A stretch of 64,000 nucleotides of DNA, from positions 192,001-256,000 of the forward strand of contig CAZALK010000002.1 of NCBI GenBank assembly GCA_964486045.1, given 5' to 3'. This DNA is from an uncultured archaeon. GTDB taxonomy: Archaea; Asgardarchaeota; Lokiarchaeia; Sigyniarchaeales; SOKP01. Every line of letters begins with the position of its first letter. Within the stretch, counting starts at the first letter, position 1. The notes under the pieces were generated by a model, which searched no databases, was not told the DNA's origin, and saw only the letters and a list, made by a program, of their open reading frames with translations. Shown piece after piece: positions 18,242-29,552 of this stretch. A program made the position numbers and the translations under genes.

Positions 18242-20428
18242 ACGGTAAATAATAATCTCAATGAAGAAAAACCGTTTTATTTAGATTATACTATATCAAT
18301 TGAAGAAAGAGTAGATGATCTGGTCTCGAGGATGACCCTCGAAGAGAAAATCTCCCAAATGATCAATACAGCAGTAGCTATTCCACGTTTACATGTGCCA
18401 AAATACAATTGGTGGAACGAATGTTTGCATGGAGTACTTGCAAAGGGAAATTCAACCGTTTTTCCTCAAGCAATTGGAATTGCAGCTACTTGGAATGTGG
18501 ATTTAATTCATAAGGTAGCTACAGCTATTTCCGATGAAGCAAGGGCAATTCACCATGAAGCTGTTAGAAATGAAGATAGGGGACTTTTTCAAGGACTGAC
18601 ATTTTGGTCACCTAATGTGAACCTCTTCAGAGATCCACGCTGGGGACGTGGTCAAGAGACTTATGGGGAAGATCCATATTTATCTTCAAGAATGGGAGTA
18701 AATTTTGTAAAGGGACTTCAAGGTTATGATCCAAAATATCTTAAAGTGATTTCCACTCCAAAACATTATGTGGTTCACAGTGGTCCTGAAGGGAAAAGAC
18801 ATGAATTTAATGCAAAAATTACTAATAAAAATCTTTGGGAGACATATCTTCCTGCATTTGAAGCTTGTATAAGAGAGGGTAAAGCTTTTTCTATAATGTG
18901 TGCGTATAATCGGACAAATGAGGATCCATGTTGTTCAAGTGAAGTTTTATTACAGGAAATATTAAGAGATGATTGGGGTTTTGAAGGATATGTCGTTTCC
19001 GATTGTGGTGCTATAGGAGATATATATAGAACTCATAAAATAGCAAAGACTGCTGCTGAAGCCGCGGCGTTAGCTATTAATGGTGGATGTGATTTGTTTT
19101 GTCAAGTTATGTATGCAAATATCAAATATAAAAAGAAATTTTGGGAATGGATGATTGATGCTGTAGAACAAAATATATTATCAGAAAATACCATTGATAA
19201 GTCTGTTAGACGTCTTTTTATGGCAAGGTTTAAACTCGGTATGTTTGATCCACCTGAGGTAGTTCAATATCAACAGATTCCTTTTGAAATAAATGACTGT
19301 GAGGAACACCGTCAATTAGCATTAAAAACCGCAAAAGAATCAATAGTTCTATTAAAGAATGAAGATAACCTACTGCCATTGAAAAAAGATCTTAATTCAA
19401 TAGCTGTAATAGGCCCCAATGCTGACGATTTATCTGTACTTCTTGGTAATTATAATAGTATTCCATCTCGACATACAACATTTCTTCAAGGAATAAAACA
19501 AAAAGTATCCTATAAAACCAAAGTATCATATGTGAAGGGATGCGATGTAATTAAAGAATCTAAGGAAGAATTTAATAAAGCAGTTGAAGCTGCTAATAAT
19601 TCAGAACTAGTTTTATTGTTTCTTGGAATTTCTGCTTTGATTGAAGGTGAAGAAGGGTCAGCAGAACTCTCTGAAACCAATGGGGATAGAATCAACTTAG
19701 ATTTACCTGGTGTTCAAGAAGATCTTTTAAAAGTAATACATCAAACGGGTAAACCAATAATACTTATCTTAACAAGTGGAAGCGCCTTATCAGTCAATTA
19801 TGCAAAGGAGAATATCCCTGCAATTATTCAAGCGTGGTATCCTGGAGAGGAAGGAGGTGTTGCAACAGCGGATATTATTTTTGGTGATTATAATCCAAGT
19901 GGAAAATTACCAATAACATTTTATAAATCGGTTGATCAACTACCACCATTCGAAGATTACAGCATGGAAGGAAGAACATATAGATATTTTAAAGACGTCC
20001 CATTATATTCTTTTGGACACGGATTGAGCTATACTAAATTTAAATATAATAATCTTAGCATTTCTCCTCAAAAGGCCAATATCGGGGATATCATAAATGT
20101 AAGTGTTGATGTAGAGAATATAGGCGATCGGTTTGGTGAGGAAATTGTCCAGCTTTATATCAATAACTTCAAGTCTAATTTAAATTTACCATTAAGAGAA
20201 CTTCAAGGTTTTAAGAAAATTTCACTCAAATGTGCTGAAAAAACTAAAGTTTCATTTAAATTAACTAAAAAAAATCTTTCTTATATTAATAATGAAGGCA
20301 AACGATTAATTGAATCTGGTAAATTTACTATTTCTGTTGGAGGATGTCAGCCAGGATATAGTGATGATGGGATAAATTTTGTTCAAGAGAGTTTCGAGCT
20401 ATTAGGGGAAACAATGAGGATCCATTAG
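18242..20428 (+). CDS. GH3 beta-glucosidase/beta-xylosidase; start unresolved
   Basis: WWNECLHG, FPQAIG, RDPRWGRGQETYGEDP, KHY, VVSDCGA, GRTYRY, Fn3-like tail. Conserved PFYLD...IEERVDDLVSR lies in frame upstream of the track ATG 18332. Confidence 0.9.
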   Translation, partial: TVNNNLNEEKPFYLDYTISIEERVDDLVSRMTLEEKISQMINTAVAIPRLHVPKYNWWNECLHGVLAKGNSTVFPQAIGIAATWNVDLIHKVATAISDEARAIHHEAVRNEDRGLFQGLTFWSPNVNLFRDPRWGRGQETYGEDPYLSSRMGVNFVKGLQGYDPKYLKVISTPKHYVVHSGPEGKRHEFNAKITNKNLWETYLPAFEACIREGKAFSIMCAYNRTNEDPCCSSEVLLQEILRDDWGFEGYVVSDCGAIGDIYRTHKIAKTAAEAAALAINGGCDLFCQVMYANIKYKKKFWEWMIDAVEQNILSENTIDKSVRRLFMARFKLGMFDPPEVVQYQQIPFEINDCEEHRQLALKTAKESIVLLKNEDNLLPLKKDLNSIAVIGPNADDLSVLLGNYNSIPSRHTTFLQGIKQKVSYKTKVSYVKGCDVIKESKEEFNKAVEAANNSELVLLFLGISALIEGEEGSAELSETNGDRINLDLPGVQEDLLKVIHQTGKPIILILTSGSALSVNYAKENIPAIIQAWYPGEEGGVATADIIFGDYNPSGKLPITFYKSVDQLPPFEDYSMEGRTYRYFKDVPLYSFGHGLSYTKFKYNNLSISPQKANIGDIINVSVDVENIGDRFGEEIVQLYINNFKSNLNLPLRELQGFKKISLKCAEKTKVSFKLTKKNLSYINNEGKRLIESGKFTISVGGCQPGYSDDGINFVQESFELLGETMRIH

Positions 20429-20550
20429 TTGTTGGATTATATCACTAAAATTTATTTTTTATTCCATCTGAATATAACTTTAATACAGAATTATCTTTAT
20501 CCGTTATTGGTCAAACTTTCCATTCCAAAGATGATTAAAAAGGTAAAAAA

Positions 20551-21006
20551 ATGCCCACAAACCAATTTGTGCCTGACAATTTCGAGATCCCAGATGTACA
20601 TGAGACAGACAGTTTCCGTTTTCGGATGCTGTCAGCAGATGATCTCGAAAAAGATTATGAAGCAGTCATTGAGAGCCGAAAACTCCTCCATGCGATGTTT
20701 GGTGGTCCCTGGCCTAGAGTAGGATTCACCCTCGAAGAAAATCTCACCGATCTAAAAAGGCACCAACAAGAATTCATTGATCGGAAAGCATTTGCCTATA
20801 CAGTTGTATCATTGGATGAAACAAAGGTTCTTGGCTGCCTTTATATCAACCCTCACAAAACTAAAGGTTCAGATGCCGTCGTAGTTATGTGGGTACGTCA
20901 GAGCGAATACGATAAAGGGTTGGACAAGATTTTATTCAATACTGTAAAAGATTGGATCAGTACAAAATGGCCTTTTAAGAATGTAGAATACCCAGGTAGA
21001 GAATAA
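20551..21006 (+). CDS. GNAT-fold N-acetyltransferase-like protein
   Basis: DYEAV, WP, AFAYTV, LGCLYI, MWVR, WPFKNVEYPGR family pattern. Confidence 0.75.
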   Translation: MPTNQFVPDNFEIPDVHETDSFRFRMLSADDLEKDYEAVIESRKLLHAMFGGPWPRVGFTLEENLTDLKRHQQEFIDRKAFAYTVVSLDETKVLGCLYINPHKTKGSDAVVVMWVRQSEYDKGLDKILFNTVKDWISTKWPFKNVEYPGRE

Positions 21007-21103
21007 GTAATATAGAGAAATAAAATTTATAGTTTATATGCCTAAACTTTATTTCTTATCATTTTGGTAGATAAATTTAAATGAATATCGTACTCTTTAT
21101 AAT

Positions 21104-22894
21104 TTGGTGAAGATTTTGGTAAGATTTAGATGCTCGGTTTGTAATTTCATTTATGATGAGGGTAAAGAGGGGGGAAATTTTTCTGCATTATCTGACTCTT
21201 GGACATGTCCTGTGTGTGGTGCCCCAAAAAGTGCTTTTATTACAGAAGGAGTTAGTAAAGGTGATAATACCATAGCTACTAATGTTGCAGAAAAAATTAT
21301 TGAACAATTGGTTGCTTTTGGAGTTAAGCATGTTTTTGGAATTCCTGGAGATTCTAATCTCCCTTTAGTCAATGCAATTCGTGAAAACGATAAGATTGAT
21401 TTTATTTTAACTAGGCATGAAGAAACAGCTGCTTTCATAGCTTCTGCTCACGGAAAAATTACCGGTAAGTTAGGCGTTTGTATGTCGATTGCAGGACCTG
21501 GAGCTACTAACTTAATTACAGGATTAATGGACTCTGCAACTGATAGAAGCCCCGTTTTGGCACTTGTAGGTCAAATTCCTGAAGTTTACTTAGGTAGTGA
21601 AGCATTCCAGGAAATAGACCAAATTACATTATTTCAACCTTTTGCAGAATACGCTGAAACGATTGCAAGATCGAGTCAGGCAATTAAACTTACAATGATG
21701 GCCGCAAAATATGCTCTTAAGAAACCAGGAGTAGCTGTTTTAAGTTGTCCCACAGATGTTCTTGTTGAAAAATTAGATGATAATATAATCCGTCCAGAGA
21801 AACGATTGTTTAAAAGTGAGGTTACATCAACTAATGAAGAACTACAAAAAGCAGCAGATCTTATCAATAAGTGCACTAGACCAGTAGTATTCGGGGGTTG
21901 GGGATCAAGGTATGCTGGAGAACTACTGATCGAACTCTCAGAGCGATTGAAAGCTCCAATTGCCACAACATCACGAGTTAAAGGTATTGTTCATGAAACA
22001 CATAAATATGCAGTGGGGGTATTAGGTTCAATAGGAACAAAATATTCAGCGATGGCTATTCGAGGGTGTGATTTAATAATAATAATTGGCTCAGGTTTTA
22101 GGCAAGCAAATCTCGTGCCTCCAAACGTAAAAATAATACAAATAGATAATGATACAACTCGAATAGGTAAGACTTTTGATGTTGATATTGGGTTAGTAGG
22201 TGATGGTCGACTTGTTCTTCAAAAGTTAATACCTTTAGTGGAAGGTAAACAAGAAGATAATGATTTTTTATCTCATGTTTTTAAAATGAAACAAGAACAT
22301 ATGGCTGAACTAGAAATAGAAGCAAAAGATTTATCAGTTCCTATCAACCCTGGTTATGTTATTCAATCTATGAGGAGAACTTTAGAAAAGGATGCAATAA
22401 TATGTGTGGATGTGGGAGATCATACCTATCATTTCTACAAAAAATTTATCTGTGAAGGGCATAAAACTTATTTAAATGCAAATATGGCAAGTATGGGATT
22501 TGCTTTACCAGCTTCTATCGCAGCTAAGCTAGAGTTTCCTGAAAAGCAGGTTATATGTCTTGCTAGCGACGGTGGTTTTGCTATGTTGATGGCAGATTTT
22601 ACTACAGCAGTACGAGAGAAATTGAACATAGTCGCTATTATCTTTCATGATTGTGTTTTGAAAAATATTAAGAAGGAACTAATAAGAGACGGTTATCCCG
22701 TATTTGGTGTTGAGTTTCCTAATCCTAACTTTGCTGAGTTTGCTACATCAAGCGGAGGTTTTGGTGTAAGGGTTGAATCTCCCGAGCAATTAGATGATGC
22801 TTTACAAGAAGCTTTAAATTCGGGCAAACCTTCTATAGTTGAAGTAATGACAGATCCTGACAAAATGGCTGCTTCAACTAAGAAAGTAGAATAG
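21104..22894 (+). CDS. Rubredoxin fused to a ThDP-dependent pyruvate oxidase/acetolactate-synthase family enzyme
   Basis: CSVCNFIYD...[10 protein letters not shown]; [44 protein letters not shown]. Confidence 0.9.
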   Translation: MVKILVRFRCSVCNFIYDEGKEGGNFSALSDSWTCPVCGAPKSAFITEGVSKGDNTIATNVAEKIIEQLVAFGVKHVFGIPGDSNLPLVNAIRENDKIDFILTRHEETAAFIASAHGKITGKLGVCMSIAGPGATNLITGLMDSATDRSPVLALVGQIPEVYLGSEAFQEIDQITLFQPFAEYAETIARSSQAIKLTMMAAKYALKKPGVAVLSCPTDVLVEKLDDNIIRPEKRLFKSEVTSTNEELQKAADLINKCTRPVVFGGWGSRYAGELLIELSERLKAPIATTSRVKGIVHETHKYAVGVLGSIGTKYSAMAIRGCDLIIIIGSGFRQANLVPPNVKIIQIDNDTTRIGKTFDVDIGLVGDGRLVLQKLIPLVEGKQEDNDFLSHVFKMKQEHMAELEIEAKDLSVPINPGYVIQSMRRTLEKDAIICVDVGDHTYHFYKKFICEGHKTYLNANMASMGFALPASIAAKLEFPEKQVICLASDGGFAMLMADFTTAVREKLNIVAIIFHDCVLKNIKKELIRDGYPVFGVEFPNPNFAEFATSSGGFGVRVESPEQLDDALQEALNSGKPSIVEVMTDPDKMAASTKKVE

Positions 22895-22932
22895 AAATAA
22901 TTATTATGTGATTTTTTTATTGAGGAAATAAA

Positions 22933-23792
22933 ATGAAATCTTCAATTATCGAGAAAATGGGTTACGAAGCGGATGATAAAGTTGTAATAACTCATATAGA
23001 CGATATAGCATCTTCTCATTCTGCGAACGTTGCTTCTTTTGAATGTTTAGATTTTGGTGTTGCCAAATGTGGTTCAATAATATCAGTATCTAGCTGGTTA
23101 ATGGAAGTCGCCAAAATTTTTAAGCAAATAAAGATTATGATTTGGGTGTTCATTTAACATTAACAAGCGAATATGATACATATCGTTGGCGACCTTTGAG
23201 CACAAACGATCAAGATTCAGGATTATTTGACACTGAAGGTTATTTATGGAAAACTTCTCAGGAAGCTATAGCCAAAATAAAACCTCACACAGCTGAACTT
23301 GAGATGAGAGCTCAAATTGATATTGCAATAAACAATGGAATAGATATCACCCATATTGACAGCCATATGGGGACTGTGCTTTTTCCAAAGTATATTCAAA
23401 ATTATTTAAATTTATCAAAAGAATACAGAATTCCTGCATTTTTTCCCCACGTTCCAAAAAAACAGCTGAATAAATTTATAATTATGAATGATATTGAAAT
23501 AAATAATTATCCGTTCATTGATCACCTAAGATTCGGTTCCTTGGAACTAGAAGATGATAAAATTAAATTTTATTGTGATATGATTAATTCATTAAAACCA
23601 GGACTTACTCATCTCCTCTTCCATCCTGCCAAATTGAGCCCAGAACTTAAAGATATAAAACATACACCCGTTGAACGTAATCAAGATTATGAAGTCTTTA
23701 CAAATCTAAATTTGAAAAATTATGTAGAATCATTAGATATTCATCTTATTGGCTACAGAGACATAAGAAAATTTATTCGAGAATCATTATAA
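22933..23792 (+). pseudogene. ChbG/YdjC-family deacetylase split by a 1-nt frameshift near 23125 (real or sequencing error)
   Basis: ORF1 has THIDD...SHSAN. ORF2 has DLGVHLTLTSE, THIDSHMG, HPA. One extra A in GCAAATAAAG would fuse them. Confidence 0.8.
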
Positions 23793-23892
23793 TAAAAATA
23801 TATTTATTATGCGAAGTTAATGAGGAAAAAATTCAAAAAATAAAAAGATCGTTATAAAGTTTAACTCTAGCTAATTTTTTTTTGAAAGCTTT

Positions 23893-25362
23893 CTAATTCC
23901 AGCTGATTTTAAAAGTTACAGCATAGTCACATGGCTTTTTATCAGGGATTTCTATATAAAGACCATCATCATCTACAGACCAGTTTAGATCCATTTCTAC
24001 CCCCAACATCTTAATTGATTTAATATCCTCTTCCGAGATCAAATGGAATGAGTTCCGATTGTCTGATTCTTTAACATTGATCCAGGATGTTCTAATAGTT
24101 TTAATGGTCAGTTTTGGTCTTATAGGCCATCCTAACACTATTGCATAAAGGCAGTTGTCCTTTACGGTAAATCTGATATCTTCTGGAGTATAAGGTCTAT
24201 CACCACTTTCAGAAAACATACCACCCCCTTTTAACTTCGTTGGACCTTCTTCAGCTATAGACCAAGGAGTACTTCCATAAATAGCTTCCCCATTAAGTTC
24301 TAACCATTTACCCATTTCCCTAAGTGCATCTTGATGGAGTTCGGGAATCGTACCATCAGATTTTGGACCAATATTAATAACTAAATATCCATGCTTTGCT
24401 ACTCTATCAATAAAATTATGCACTAAGATACGAGGTGATTTTACTCCAGCTTCTCTAGCATAACCCCAAGCTGTCGATCCTGCATTAATGTCTACTGAAG
24501 TATCTGTAATCCATTTATAATAAGTAAGTCTATTTGCTCTTCCTACCTCATAATCAACAACGCCAATACCAGGGGGGAGATTGTTCATCTTATAAAGAAT
24601 CTCAACTTCCTTACCCCATTCTTCAGCAATATTAAAATAATATGCTAACACTTCTTTTTTATACTTTTCTTGAATTCTTCCAAGTCCAAAATCCCACCAT
24701 ATGAGATCCGGTTTATATTTATCAATCACTTCAATTACGATGGCTCTCCACCAATCAAGAAACTCTTTATTTGGCCAGATCTGATATCGTTTATACTTCC
24801 CGTGATATCTAACGCCATACAAACCTGCAAATTCTGGATTTGCTGTATCAAATTCAGGATTTGATTGAGGAAAAAAATACCAGTTCGCGCCATGATGAAA
24901 AGCGACCATAAATTTTAGACCTTGTTTTCTAATAGCTTTTTCCATTTCACCAACTGTATCCCGTTTTGGTCCCATTTTAGCAGCATTCCACTTAGTTACT
25001 TTACTATCCCACATAGCAAAAGAATCATGATGGATTGCGACAGGTCCAGCAAACTTAGCACCTGCGTTTTTAAATAACTTGGCCCATTCTTCAGGATTAA
25101 ACTTTTCTGCCTTGAATAGCGGGATAAGATCTTTATAACCAAATTCAATCGGATCCCCATAATGCTGTACATGGAATTCATATTGCCTTGTTCCCTTTCT
25201 ATACATATTAAATGGGTACCAACTTACATTAGGACCACAAGCAGGCACAGAATAAACTCCCCAATGGTAATAAATTCCAAACTTAGCATCATCAAGCCAT
25301 TCTGGAGTTCTATGCTTTTTTAGAGAATTCCACGTCGGTTTATATTTTTCTTTAAAACTCAT
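23893..25362 (-). CDS. Alpha-L-fucosidase (GH29)
   Basis: PEWLDDAKFGIYYHWG, FNPEEWA, HHDSF, DLIWWD, NIGPKSDGTIP, NGEAIYG. Confidence 0.92.
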   Translation of the reverse strand: MSFKEKYKPTWNSLKKHRTPEWLDDAKFGIYYHWGVYSVPACGPNVSWYPFNMYRKGTRQYEFHVQHYGDPIEFGYKDLIPLFKAEKFNPEEWAKLFKNAGAKFAGPVAIHHDSFAMWDSKVTKWNAAKMGPKRDTVGEMEKAIRKQGLKFMVAFHHGANWYFFPQSNPEFDTANPEFAGLYGVRYHGKYKRYQIWPNKEFLDWWRAIVIEVIDKYKPDLIWWDFGLGRIQEKYKKEVLAYYFNIAEEWGKEVEILYKMNNLPPGIGVVDYEVGRANRLTYYKWITDTSVDINAGSTAWGYAREAGVKSPRILVHNFIDRVAKHGYLVINIGPKSDGTIPELHQDALREMGKWLELNGEAIYGSTPWSIAEEGPTKLKGGGMFSESGDRPYTPEDIRFTVKDNCLYAIVLGWPIRPKLTIKTIRTSWINVKESDNRNSFHLISEEDIKSIKMLGVEMDLNWSVDDDGLYIEIPDKKPCDYAVTFKISWN

Positions 25363-25511
25363 TTTTTGCCAGTTTTCTTTATCTTTTATGAAACTTTAAA
25401 GATTAAAATATAAAAAGACAAAATAATCTTAATATTTTTAGTATTATTACTCTAAGAAAAAATTAAAAGTTGAATTTTTATAGATTCTAATTAAAGTAGG
25501 TTTCAGAAATA

Positions 25512-27587
25512 ATGCAAGAAAATTTAATTGCTCACTGGAATTTTGATGAAACAATTGATGATGACTTTATTTTGGATTCGATTTCACATGAAAAAGATCA
25601 GATCTTTGGTTACATCGATCTTTTGAATGGAATCAAAGGGAATGCATTACGATTTGATGGGTATACAACACATCTTATGATTCCCAAAAAAAGGCTTCCC
25701 GAGTCTCTGAACCAATTTTCTATTAGTGCTTGGATAGCTAATGGTGCTTATACTTGGAATGAGGGACCTATCATCGAAAATTATGATGAAAAAAATGGAT
25801 TCTTTCTGGGAGTGACTGCTAACGGAAGAATCAGGTTTAAATTAATAATTAATGGGAAAGTATTTAAAGTAGAAACTGAAGAAAAAACCCCACTCTTCAT
25901 GTGGATGAATGTTACAAGCGTATTTGATAGTACTCGAGGGATATATCTCTATATAAACGGTGAATTAAAGGATTCCTTAGAAATAAAAGAAGACATAGGA
26001 GATGTAAGTCTTCCAAATGATTTGATTAATATAGGAAAGGCTGCCAAGGACGTTCGACCCACAAATGGGGTTAATAATGGTGGTCACTTTCCTTGTCCGA
26101 TTTATCTTGATGGAATTATTGACGAACTAAAATTTTTTGAAAAGGCAATTTCAACTGAACAAATTCAAGAAATTTTCACAAGTATTAAAAATCTAGGAGA
26201 ACCTCCCTTGGAAAAACGTGGACTTCCAACACTTCCTAAAGCTTCAAACCGATTTGGTGCATATTACACAACACTTAAATACTATAAAGAATGGGATCGT
26301 CTTTGGAGAGTGAAGGATCACTCGGATATAGTTGTTCTCTTTGATAATATGCCCATTAAATATGTTTTCTGGAGAGGTTTAAATTACATTTCTGCCTGGG
26401 TAACAGGTAATGACATCTGGTATACGAACGAATTTAATGAAACGTGGGCAGATAAGTTTGATCCCGATATCAACGGATGTGCTGAACCAATGTCTGATAA
26501 ACAGTGCAAAACCTCTCACGTTAGGATTATAGAATCGAATGATGCCCGTGTTATAGTTCACTGGCGTTATGCTCTTATAGATACTAATTATAGACAGGCA
26601 AGAGTAGATCCACTCACAAAATGGGGAGATTGGTCTGATGAATATTATGTCATTTATCCTGATGGAGTTGGGATTCGAGATATCACGTTACATAGTTCTC
26701 AACCAATGGAGCCACATGAATTTCAAGAGTCAATCGTTATCATAGGTGAAGGAATGTGTCCAGAAGATGTCTATGAATTAGAAGCAGTTACGTTTTTCAA
26801 CATGAAAGGTGAATCATATACTTATAGTTGGGAAATCGCATCTCCCAAGTTTTTCCTTGGTCCTAAAAATAAAAATATTGAAATTATTAATATAAAATCA
26901 GATACTGTTCCTTATTTAATTGTTCCAGATGGTCCGTGTATTGTTGCTGGAAAAGAATTTAACGGAAAAAAACGTCGAAATCCACACTTCATGCCTTATG
27001 CATATTTTGTAAAAAGTGGATCACATTTTCCTTGGTGGAATTCTTGGCCTGTAGCTAATATTCCTACAGATGGAAGGTTTACTTCAGTGTCTGACCGTCC
27101 AGCACATACAAATGTTTCTTCAATGGCAGAATGGGCAGATTATGAAATAGGTCCGGAATTAAGAAGAAGGATTATGCTTCATGGTGTTTGGGATAAGAAT
27201 AATAAAGAAGGATTAGTAATCTTGGCTAAATCTTGGTTAAAAGCACCTGAGATCGAGTTGAAAAATGATGCTTTTGATGGGGGTAATTATGTACCACACG
27301 AGAGAGCATATTACTTCACATGTAAGGAACCTAAATCAAAAAATTCTCTTGACTTCGCGGTCAATGCTAGTGAAGAAAAGCCTATATTGAATCTCGCTCT
27401 TATTATCCGTAACTTTGATACTGACATCATTCTTAAAGTCAACGGTGAAAAAATTCTCCGCGGTAAGGATTTTCGATATGGAGTAGAGCATGAACTCAAT
27501 GAAAATAGATTAGTTATATGGTTAAAATTAAAAACAGAAAGTCGAACTCAAATACAAATTAGTCCTAGGGGTGTAAAGCAAAATTGA
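25512..27587 (+). CDS. LamG/concanavalin-A-like domain protein with uncharacterised C-terminal region
   Basis: AHWNFDE, GNALRFDG, FSISAW, LYING, GIIDELK. No signal peptide seen. Confidence 0.8.
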   Translation: MQENLIAHWNFDETIDDDFILDSISHEKDQIFGYIDLLNGIKGNALRFDGYTTHLMIPKKRLPESLNQFSISAWIANGAYTWNEGPIIENYDEKNGFFLGVTANGRIRFKLIINGKVFKVETEEKTPLFMWMNVTSVFDSTRGIYLYINGELKDSLEIKEDIGDVSLPNDLINIGKAAKDVRPTNGVNNGGHFPCPIYLDGIIDELKFFEKAISTEQIQEIFTSIKNLGEPPLEKRGLPTLPKASNRFGAYYTTLKYYKEWDRLWRVKDHSDIVVLFDNMPIKYVFWRGLNYISAWVTGNDIWYTNEFNETWADKFDPDINGCAEPMSDKQCKTSHVRIIESNDARVIVHWRYALIDTNYRQARVDPLTKWGDWSDEYYVIYPDGVGIRDITLHSSQPMEPHEFQESIVIIGEGMCPEDVYELEAVTFFNMKGESYTYSWEIASPKFFLGPKNKNIEIINIKSDTVPYLIVPDGPCIVAGKEFNGKKRRNPHFMPYAYFVKSGSHFPWWNSWPVANIPTDGRFTSVSDRPAHTNVSSMAEWADYEIGPELRRRIMLHGVWDKNNKEGLVILAKSWLKAPEIELKNDAFDGGNYVPHERAYYFTCKEPKSKNSLDFAVNASEEKPILNLALIIRNFDTDIILKVNGEKILRGKDFRYGVEHELNENRLVIWLKLKTESRTQIQISPRGVKQN

Positions 27588-28075
27588 ATGACGGTACAGC
27601 ATTGAAGATGTTTAAGCAAATCAAAACTGGAAAGCTCTACGGGGCCAATTTACGAACCTTTCTTGAAGTACTAAAATATCTTACTGATAAATCTGAATAT
27701 GCCGAAGAAGAGCTTTTTGGATGGGAAAAAATAGTTCAAATTAAGTTGATAGATGACATAGATTTCTACTTAAAAACTGAAGGACCTTTCTCAGAACACC
27801 CCAAATTAGCCATAAAATATGGAAATTCTGATTCACCGGATACAATAATAATTAGCGATGTAGATACATTTACAGGGGTAATTTGTGGAAGAAAACAAGT
27901 AAATGCTGAAAAGTTTAACATCGAAGGAGACCGAACACAAGCAGGTATTTTCTTCATGCTACTAATGCTTATTGCCCAAGAATTTACTGAGCAAAAAAGA
28001 CAAAGAGTAATAACACAAAAAAAAAATAATCCTAATATATTAATATCCTATAAACTAGATAAAGAAGGTATATAG
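27584..28075 (+). CDS. SCP2-like lipid-binding domain protein
   Basis: PDTIIISDVDTFTGVICG...IEGD pattern. Overlaps the LamG stop by 4 nt. Confidence 0.6.
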   Translation: MNDGTALKMFKQIKTGKLYGANLRTFLEVLKYLTDKSEYAEEELFGWEKIVQIKLIDDIDFYLKTEGPFSEHPKLAIKYGNSDSPDTIIISDVDTFTGVICGRKQVNAEKFNIEGDRTQAGIFFMLLMLIAQEFTEQKRQRVITQKKNNPNILISYKLDKEGI

Positions 28076-28259
28076 AACTAATAATTGCCAATAAAAAACC
28101 ATATTTTTTAAAATGATTTCCGAATTTTCGCTTCTTTGAGAATGTAAATATGTTTTTATCATATTCAGTATTACAATTAGAACATGCGTAACTCTCTATT
28201 TTTATGTTATAGCTTACCTTATAACCACATATTGTACATTTGAAATTGTTCTTTTTCAT
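28032..28259 (-). CDS. Small Zn-ribbon protein with C-terminal TM helix
   Basis: CTIC...CSNC then a hydrophobic tail. Confidence 0.65.
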   Translation of the reverse strand: MKKNNFKCTICGYKVSYNIKIESYACSNCNTEYDKNIFTFSKKRKFGNHFKKYGFLLAIISSIYLLYLVYRILIY

Positions 28260-28379
28260 ATAGATGATTTTAATGAAATCTATTTTAAAAAATTTGAGTA
28301 AGTTAATCTTCGTATAACTATTGTTAATTATCTCAAAAAAAAAGATAAAAAAATTAAGGATTAAATAATAGAAAAGGAG

Positions 28380-29459
28380 TTATTGTACATACTTTATAGC
28401 CGTTTTTAATGATTTTTCTGCATCTTTAATTATAGTTTCTATAATATCGGGGACCGATTCAACTTTGTTTATAATTCCTATGCTTTGTCCGATCAAAACG
28501 CCACCATTCTCCATATCTCCTCGATAAGCTGCAAAGGCTGCCTTTGCATCTTTCCTTAATTCTTCATCTAGTTTTTCCTTTGTAATTGCGGCTCGGTGGT
28601 CTTCCAGAGCCTTTTCTTCTGCCATTTTTTCTTCTTTAGTTGTTACTAATCCCTTTGATAAAGAAAATTTGTTTTTCCAATATCTAATGGTTCCAAGCAC
28701 CCCTGTTTTTATGACAGTATCTTGAGATTTAGCAGCTGGTATAATATTTTTGTAATTTTCATGAAATTCGCTATCTTTGGAGGCTATAAATCTTGATCCC
28801 ATAGCAATTGCTCCCGCACCAAGAGATAAAGCCGCGGCCAACCCTGCTCCAGTTGCATATCCACCACATGCAATTTTTGGGATATCAGGATGTTTTTGCT
28901 GCATTTGTTGCAATAATACCATACCTCCAACTTTTTCATAAGATTGGTGCCCTCCGCCTTCGAATCCTGTTACCACGAGACCATCACACCCCGATGCGAC
29001 ACATTTATCAGCTAACCAAAGTGCAGGAGCAACATGAAAGTGTTTAATCTCTGTTTGTTCCCTTAGTTTTTGAAAATCCTTATTTTGGGGAAATTTTGCT
29101 GAGGAACCCGCACTAGAAAGAGCATATAAACACTGTTCTCTCAATTTAGGATTAGCCATAATATGTTTTGCAGCTCCACTTATAATCGTGTCACAACCTA
29201 CTACATTCCTCGAAGTTATAATGTTAAATCCAAAAATTCCAGTAGTATGCTCTACAACATAATCGAGATTTTTCTTCAGGGCTACTAAGTTATTTTTTTC
29301 ATAACCATCCATAGATACCGTTGAAAAGGATATCGTACCAAGCCCACCTGCGTTTGCAACTGCTGTGGCTAATTCTGTAGTTCTAAAAGGTCCCATAGGT
29401 GCATTTACGATTGGAACCTTGGTTCCAAACATCTCGGTAATATTTGTTTTAATTGTCAA
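28380..29459 (-). CDS. Nitronate monooxygenase / FabK-like flavoprotein
   Basis: PIVNAPMG, AVANAGGLG, GFEGGGH, IACGG, MGSRF, GQSIG. TTG start with AGGTGA SD. Confidence 0.88.
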   Translation of the reverse strand: MTIKTNITEMFGTKVPIVNAPMGPFRTTELATAVANAGGLGTISFSTVSMDGYEKNNLVALKKNLDYVVEHTTGIFGFNIITSRNVVGCDTIISGAAKHIMANPKLREQCLYALSSAGSSAKFPQNKDFQKLREQTEIKHFHVAPALWLADKCVASGCDGLVVTGFEGGGHQSYEKVGGMVLLQQMQQKHPDIPKIACGGYATGAGLAAALSLGAGAIAMGSRFIASKDSEFHENYKNIIPAAKSQDTVIKTGVLGTIRYWKNKFSLSKGLVTTKEEKMAEEKALEDHRAAITKEKLDEELRKDAKAAFAAYRGDMENGGVLIGQSIGIINKVESVPDIIETIIKDAEKSLKTAIKYVQ

Positions 29460-29552
29460 ATTTGATCACCTTTTTTTTAATTGAATCGATACCTAAAAAA
29501 ATTTACTCTTTTGCAGAATCAAATTATCCTTCGGAAGCAGAATGGATTAGTC

